From: Terriglobia bacterium
GTDB lineage: Bacteria; Acidobacteriota; Terriglobia; 20CM-2-55-15
Direction of reading: 5' to 3'
DNA: 64,000 bases
NCBI GenBank assembly: GCA_963664115.2
Contig: CAXWPJ010000010.1
Coordinates: 128,001-192,000, forward strand
The notes under the pieces are model-generated. The model had not been told where the DNA came from. It worked only from the letters and a program-made list of their open reading frames with translations, and did not search any database. Below, piece after piece: positions 59,408 through 64,000 of this stretch (its first letter is position 1; every line of letters begins with the position of its first letter). The position numbers and the translations under genes are program-made.

Positions 59408-60829
59408 TCAGCCTGCCCGTGATGAAGGTACAAACGGTCTTGTCCGGGAGCGCTCCGGCAGGGTGATTCGGAAGGTACTCCCACCGGTGCCAGATTCTTC
59501 TAACGTGAGCCGCCCGCCGTTGACTTCAACAGCCCATTTGGCAATGGAGAGTCCCAGCCCCGTTCCTTCGTGCTCCGGCGCTGGCATCCTCTTGACACGA
59601 TAGAATCGCTCGAAGACCCGTGCCTGCAGAGCCTCCGGAATTCCCGGCCCAGTGTCGCTCACATCGAGAGTCACGCCCGAAGGGGATTGCTCGACTTTCA
59701 CCGTGATCCGACCGCCGGCCGGCGTGTACTTGATTGCGTTGTCTACGAGATTCAGAAGCCCCTGTCTCAAGACCATTCGGTCGCCTGTCCACTCGGGCGC
59801 TCCCGTACGTTCGACTGAGATCGATTGCCCCTTTTCCTCGGCCAACACCTCCAGTTGCGTCGCCACTTCCTCAGCCAGGGCGAACAAATCCACGGAATCA
59901 CAGGTAAGCTTTGCCGGACCGGTCTCAGCACGGGAGAGAGTCAGCAGGCGATCGACAAGTCCAGCCAGGCGATCGACCTCTTCGAGCATACTGCCGATGA
60001 TTTCCCGATACGCCGACTCGTGTCGCCTTCCCCTCAAACCCACTTCTCCGACGCTCCGCATGACTGTCAAAGGCGTACGTAGTTCGTGGGATACGTGCGC
60101 CGTGAAACGACGCATCTGTTCAAACGAGGATTCCAGCCGGGTCAGCGTGTTGTTGAAGACGGACGCCAGGCGGCCCAACTCGTCATTCGGATTGTCTACA
60201 GGCAATCGGTCCTCGAGCCTTTCGGCCGTGATCAATTGTGCATGATCGGCCATACGCTCGATGGGCTTTAGGGCCCGCCGCGCGAGCGTGTACCCTCCCA
60301 GGCCGGCCGCAACGACGCTGAGAGGCAAGCCCAGTAGCAGTACCAGCAACAACTGATAGAGGTCCCGTCGCATAATGAATTCCGATCGGGCCACCTGGAT
60401 AACAACAGGCTCGTCGCCGATCCGGCTTTCGACACTGAATACGCGGTAAGGCGGACTGACTGCCGCCACGGATACGATCTCGTCGTTGGCTTTCATGGCC
60501 AGCAGATCGGTTTCAGGAAGCGGATTCTGTCGTGCGATCATCGTGCGGTACAAAAGGTTGCCTTCCGGGCTCCACACCTGCAACCACGGACCATCCACGG
60601 GACTGCCTGTGTCGTTCGAAGTCGGCCAGGTGATGGTGCCGTCCGGTTCCTGATCGAGCATCTCAGCAGCCCACAAGTAGTCGTCGTGCAATATCTGATC
60701 CAGACCGCCCGACTCCATGCGGCTCACGAACAGGAAGACACTTGAGACATACACACCCAGAACGACGATCATCGCGCTGACGTTCCACAGCGTCAGCCGA
60801 ACTCGCACAGTTAATGGATACCGGCTCAT
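59408..60829 (-). CDS. Sensor histidine kinase, CusS/heavy-metal type
   Basis: Two TM segments, HAMP (DELGRLA..FN), SHELRTPL, NLVDNAIKY, DTGPGI, GLGLSIAK. Confidence 0.95.
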   Translation of the reverse strand: MSRYPLTVRVRLTLWNVSAMIVVLGVYVSSVFLFVSRMESGGLDQILHDDYLWAAEMLDQEPDGTITWPTSNDTGSPVDGPWLQVWSPEGNLLYRTMIARQNPLPETDLLAMKANDEIVSVAAVSPPYRVFSVESRIGDEPVVIQVARSEFIMRRDLYQLLLVLLLGLPLSVVAAGLGGYTLARRALKPIERMADHAQLITAERLEDRLPVDNPNDELGRLASVFNNTLTRLESSFEQMRRFTAHVSHELRTPLTVMRSVGEVGLRGRRHESAYREIIGSMLEEVDRLAGLVDRLLTLSRAETGPAKLTCDSVDLFALAEEVATQLEVLAEEKGQSISVERTGAPEWTGDRMVLRQGLLNLVDNAIKYTPAGGRITVKVEQSPSGVTLDVSDTGPGIPEALQARVFERFYRVKRMPAPEHEGTGLGLSIAKWAVEVNGGRLTLEESGTGGSTFRITLPERSRTRPFVPSSRAG

Positions 60830-61509
60830 GGTTGTGCCTCACTCAGCATGAAGCCCACACCCCTGACGGTGTGGACCAGCTTGGTTGAACGCTCGACGTC
60901 AATCTTCCTTCGAAGCCGGGCAATATGAACATCGATCACGTTGTTCAACGGCGTTCCCCTGTCTGTCTCCTTCCAGACATCCCGGGCCAGCGTCTCACGC
61001 GGAACAGGATGGCCTGCGTGCCGCAACAGGTATTCCAGCAGTTCATATTCCCGCGCCGTCAGATCCACAGTTTCGCCGCCCCGAGTGACCTTCCGAGTCA
61101 CCAGGTCCATATCCAGGTCGCCGACACTCAAGCGAAGTGTCTCCGTGGGTCGCCCTCGCCGCACCAACGCACGGATCCTCGCCACCACCTCAGCGAACGC
61201 GAACGGCTTCACCAGATAGTCGTCCGCTCCACTGTTCAGACCGGCGATTCGATCTTCCACAGTGTCACGCGCCGTGAGAACCAATACCGGGGTCGTGATT
61301 CCCTGCTCTCGAATCTTCGTCAGAACCTCGAGGCCATCACGCCCCGGGAGCATCAGATCCAGCAGAATAACGTCGAAGCTCTCCGTCGTCATCCGAAAAA
61401 AACCCTCTTCACCGGTCTCGGCGATAACCACTTCATAGTGTTCGTCCTCGAGACCCTCCTTGAGGGCCTTGTTCACCTTGGGTTCATCTTCTACGACAAG
61501 GATACGCAA
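60826..61509 (-). CDS. OmpR-family response regulator (CusR/CopR-like)
   Basis: ILVVEDE, LDLMLP, GADDYLVKPF, NVIDVHIARLRRKID, HTVRGVG. Confidence 0.96.
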   Translation of the reverse strand: MRILVVEDEPKVNKALKEGLEDEHYEVVIAETGEEGFFRMTTESFDVILLDLMLPGRDGLEVLTKIREQGITTPVLVLTARDTVEDRIAGLNSGADDYLVKPFAFAEVVARIRALVRRGRPTETLRLSVGDLDMDLVTRKVTRGGETVDLTAREYELLEYLLRHAGHPVPRETLARDVWKETDRGTPLNNVIDVHIARLRRKIDVERSTKLVHTVRGVGFMLSEAQP

Positions 61510-61596
61510 TCGATGCTTTCTCCTCCAGTATTTCAGCTTCGCCTGTTGAGGCGCCTATCATAGCGTGGCTATCATGAAAGGTTTTCTAAATAGTCT

Positions 61597-61612
61597 ATGA
61601 ATAATCTGTCAG
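61597..61612 (-). promoter_or_regulatory. Possible CusR/CopR-box-like operator
   Basis: CTGACAGATTATTCAT resembles the TGACA-N-TGTCA type box and lies upstream of the regulator gene. Confidence 0.35.
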
Positions 61613-61826
61613 AAATTGAGCCTTAACTGCAACAACGATAACGCTATTTGTGGAACGGAGGGTTCGAAATAGGGCATCATGTCCACCCTGTGCGGGGGCA
61701 AACCGTGGCGGGACCCGACCCGGGTCCCGCTGGCCGTCTATAGTTATGGCAGATCATCGGATGATTCAGCCGGATGATCATGACGGATGCTAAGGACACG
61801 GGTTGATTCTTGATATGGAGCGAGCT

Positions 61827-62768
61827 ATGAAGATTTGTGTGGTAGGACAGGGTGCGTTCGGGAAGAAGCATCTGGCGGGTCTGGCTGAAATAGAAGGCGC
61901 AGAGGTCGTGACACTATTCGGGAGAACGGCGGAAACGACCGAGGCTGCCGCCAGGAAATTCAACATACCCCATTGGACAACCAGCTTCGACGAAGCGCTG
62001 GCGCAGCCCGGGGTGGAGGCGGTGATTCTGACCTCACCGACACAAGTCCACGCCGATCAGGCTGAGAAGGTCATGCGGGCGGGTAAGCATGTTGAGATCG
62101 AGATTCCGATCGCGGATTCTCTCACAGACGCCCGGCGGATCGATGCCGTGGCTAAAGAAACAGGTGTCGTGGCCATGGCGGGCCACACGCGCCGCTTCAA
62201 CCCGAGCCACCAGTGGGTTCACAACAAGATTCGCTCTGGCGAACTCAAGCTTCAACATCTGGTCGTCGAGACCTTCTTCTTTCGCAGAACCAATATGAAT
62301 GCCGAAGGCAAACCCCGCAGCTGGACGGACCACCTGCTCTGGCACCATGCATGCCATACGGTGGATCTGTTTCACTATCAAACAGGAGAAATATCTTCAG
62401 CCGTTCAAGCGTTGGAAGGCCCGATCCATCCCGAGCTGGGTATTGCGATGGACATGAGCATCGGTTTGAAAGTCCCTTCCGGCGCCGTATGCACATTGGC
62501 TTTGTCGTTCAACAACGACGGCCCGCTGGGAACGTTCTTCCGTTATATCTGCGACAACGGGACCTACATCGCGCGCTACGACGATCTGGTGGATGGCAAA
62601 GAAAACCCCGTCGATGTATCCCGGGTCGATGTGTCCATGAACGGCATCGAACTCCAGGACCGAGAGTTCATTGCCGCGATACGGGAAGGTCGCGAACCCA
62701 ACTCGAGCGTGGCCCAGGTTCTCCCCGCGATGGAAACTCTGGATCGACTGGAGAAGCTCCTCCAATGA
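61827..62768 (+). CDS. ligC: 4-carboxy-2-hydroxymuconate-6-semialdehyde dehydrogenase (Gfo/Idh/MocA family)
   Basis: GAFGKKHL, GKHVEIEIP, GHTRRFNPSHQ, RSWTDHLLWHHACHTVDLF, SMNGIELQDREF. Confidence 0.9.
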   Translation: MKICVVGQGAFGKKHLAGLAEIEGAEVVTLFGRTAETTEAAARKFNIPHWTTSFDEALAQPGVEAVILTSPTQVHADQAEKVMRAGKHVEIEIPIADSLTDARRIDAVAKETGVVAMAGHTRRFNPSHQWVHNKIRSGELKLQHLVVETFFFRRTNMNAEGKPRSWTDHLLWHHACHTVDLFHYQTGEISSAVQALEGPIHPELGIAMDMSIGLKVPSGAVCTLALSFNNDGPLGTFFRYICDNGTYIARYDDLVDGKENPVDVSRVDVSMNGIELQDREFIAAIREGREPNSSVAQVLPAMETLDRLEKLLQ

Positions 62769-62868
62769 CGCGACTGATCTGTGAGCGCGCGGACGATTCG
62801 GCACCGTCGTTCGACTGATCTGACCGCCCAAAAGCCCTCCAACCGAACCAGGCAAGTCGAGCCGCGAT

Positions 62869-63000
62869 ATGTTGGCACGTATGAGGATCTTTGTTCATGA
62901 AAAGGCCCGGCAATTAAGGGACGAGGAAAAGAGTTTTCGTGAGATCGGAAAGATTCTGAACATCAACAAATGCACCGTTGCCGCTGCGCTGGATCACTGA
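62869..63000 (+). other. Small helix-turn-helix ORF or remnant (43 aa)
   Basis: MLARMRIFVHEKARQLRDEEKSFREIGKILNINKCTVAAALDH*. Confidence 0.5.
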
Positions 63001-63290
63001 CAGGCCGTAGATCATAGATAAATCGGGCAAAAACGACGTATTCCCTGAAAACGGATTTCTCGGATTCCGGGAACATCTGCCAGATCAATCGGTCGATGCA
63101 ACACCTGCGTTTAATGTCTTGCCGGAGTTGAGAGTTGATGGCTACATCACCATCCAGACTGCAATTACTTTCAGATAATTCGAAATACATTATTTAAGGT
63201 AGCTCAGATCGTGCGGCTTAATTCCCTACTTCCAGGCCCGGTTTCCACATAGAATTGGTTTCTAAAACTCCAACATGAAAGGATGCCGCT

Positions 63291-63758
63291 ATGGCGATCT
63301 ACAATCTGAATATTGACGGCCGTACTCATTCCGTGGATGTGGATTCAGCCACGCCCTTGCTGTATGTGCTGACCGACGATCTGGCTCTCCGCGGCCCCAA
63401 GTTTGGCTGCGGCCTCGGCCAGTGCGGATCATGCACCGTCATCGCCGATGGCCGGGCCATTCGCTCGTGTATCACTCCAGTCGAGCGGGTTGCCGATTCG
63501 AACATAACCTCCCTGGAAGGTCTCGGAACTCGGGAGAATCCGCATCCTATCCAGGAAGCGTTCATCGACGAGCAAGCCATCCAGTGCGGCTTCTGCGCGA
63601 ACGGCGTCATTCTGACGGCCAAGGCGTTCCTGGATCGTAGCCCGGAAGCATCGGACGACGAACTTCGCGAGGCCTTGTCGACGGTCCTGTGCCGATGTGG
63701 AACACACCTGCGAATGCTGGACGCGATTCGTAAATACGCACAGGAAGTGAACGCATGA
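63291..63758 (+). CDS. [2Fe-2S] small subunit of a molybdenum hydroxylase (IorA/CoxS-like)
   Basis: KFGCGLGQCGSCTV, QCGFC, LCRCG. Confidence 0.95.
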   Translation: MAIYNLNIDGRTHSVDVDSATPLLYVLTDDLALRGPKFGCGLGQCGSCTVIADGRAIRSCITPVERVADSNITSLEGLGTRENPHPIQEAFIDEQAIQCGFCANGVILTAKAFLDRSPEASDDELREALSTVLCRCGTHLRMLDAIRKYAQEVNA

Positions 63759-64000
63759 CGGCTCAAAATACAAAGTGGAATCCAGATGCCCTGGCTGCGT
63801 TCGATGCGGCAGGACTTTCCCGCAGAGATTTCCTGAAGGGAACAGGCGCGCTGATCGTCGGATTCAGCACCCTCGGCCGTGCGGTCCAGGTCGCGGCAGC
63901 CGCTCAGGGGATTAACGGGGCAGGCAGCAACGATCTCGATGCCTGGATCGCGATCCGTGCGGACGGCAACGTGACCGCGTATACGGGAAAATGTGAACTC
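63755..64000 (+). CDS. Molybdopterin large subunit (IorB-like), Tat-exported, partial
   Basis: ATGA overlap with the small subunit; SRRDFLKG twin-arginine motif; LDAWIAIRADGNVTAYTGKCEL. Confidence 0.88.
   Translation, partial: MTAQNTKWNPDALAAFDAAGLSRRDFLKGTGALIVGFSTLGRAVQVAAAAQGINGAGSNDLDAWIAIRADGNVTAYTGKCEL

Noticed and set aside
62963-63190. 75-aa minus-strand ORF in the AT-richer spacer
   Set aside because: No motif or clear SD; cannot be supported

Overview
Mostly core chromosome of a ~57% GC diderm bacterium. Gene order and content suggest Acidobacteriota (inference): Oar-type TonB receptor, short pheT, zapB-zapA-6S-ymdB, ffh-rpsP-khpA-rimM-trmD-rplS. The window holds translation genes (thrS, infC-rpmI-rplT-pheST, leuS, efp, selA), pyrimidine genes, dnaG-rpoD-tRNA-Ile2, mutS2, uvrA, a VapBC pair, a cobalamin riboswitch-cbiP-btuB-like unit, a CusRS-like two-component system with a PepSY-TM gene, ligC and the start of iorAB. 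Two intact IS elements (IS1380, IS630) are both inserted at CTAG. The most notable unexplained signal is a ~230-nt multi-hairpin element present twice (38069-38293 on minus, 52081-52322 on plus). The copies share long identical blocks, show three compensatory base-pair changes and have CAGGAUG loops; I cannot assign it to a known RNA family. Also seen: a three-copy MITE/REPIN-like family, several other palindromic repeat families, small unannotated ORFs, non-canonical starts, and two single-base frameshifts that may be assembly errors. No CRISPR array or rRNA was found.
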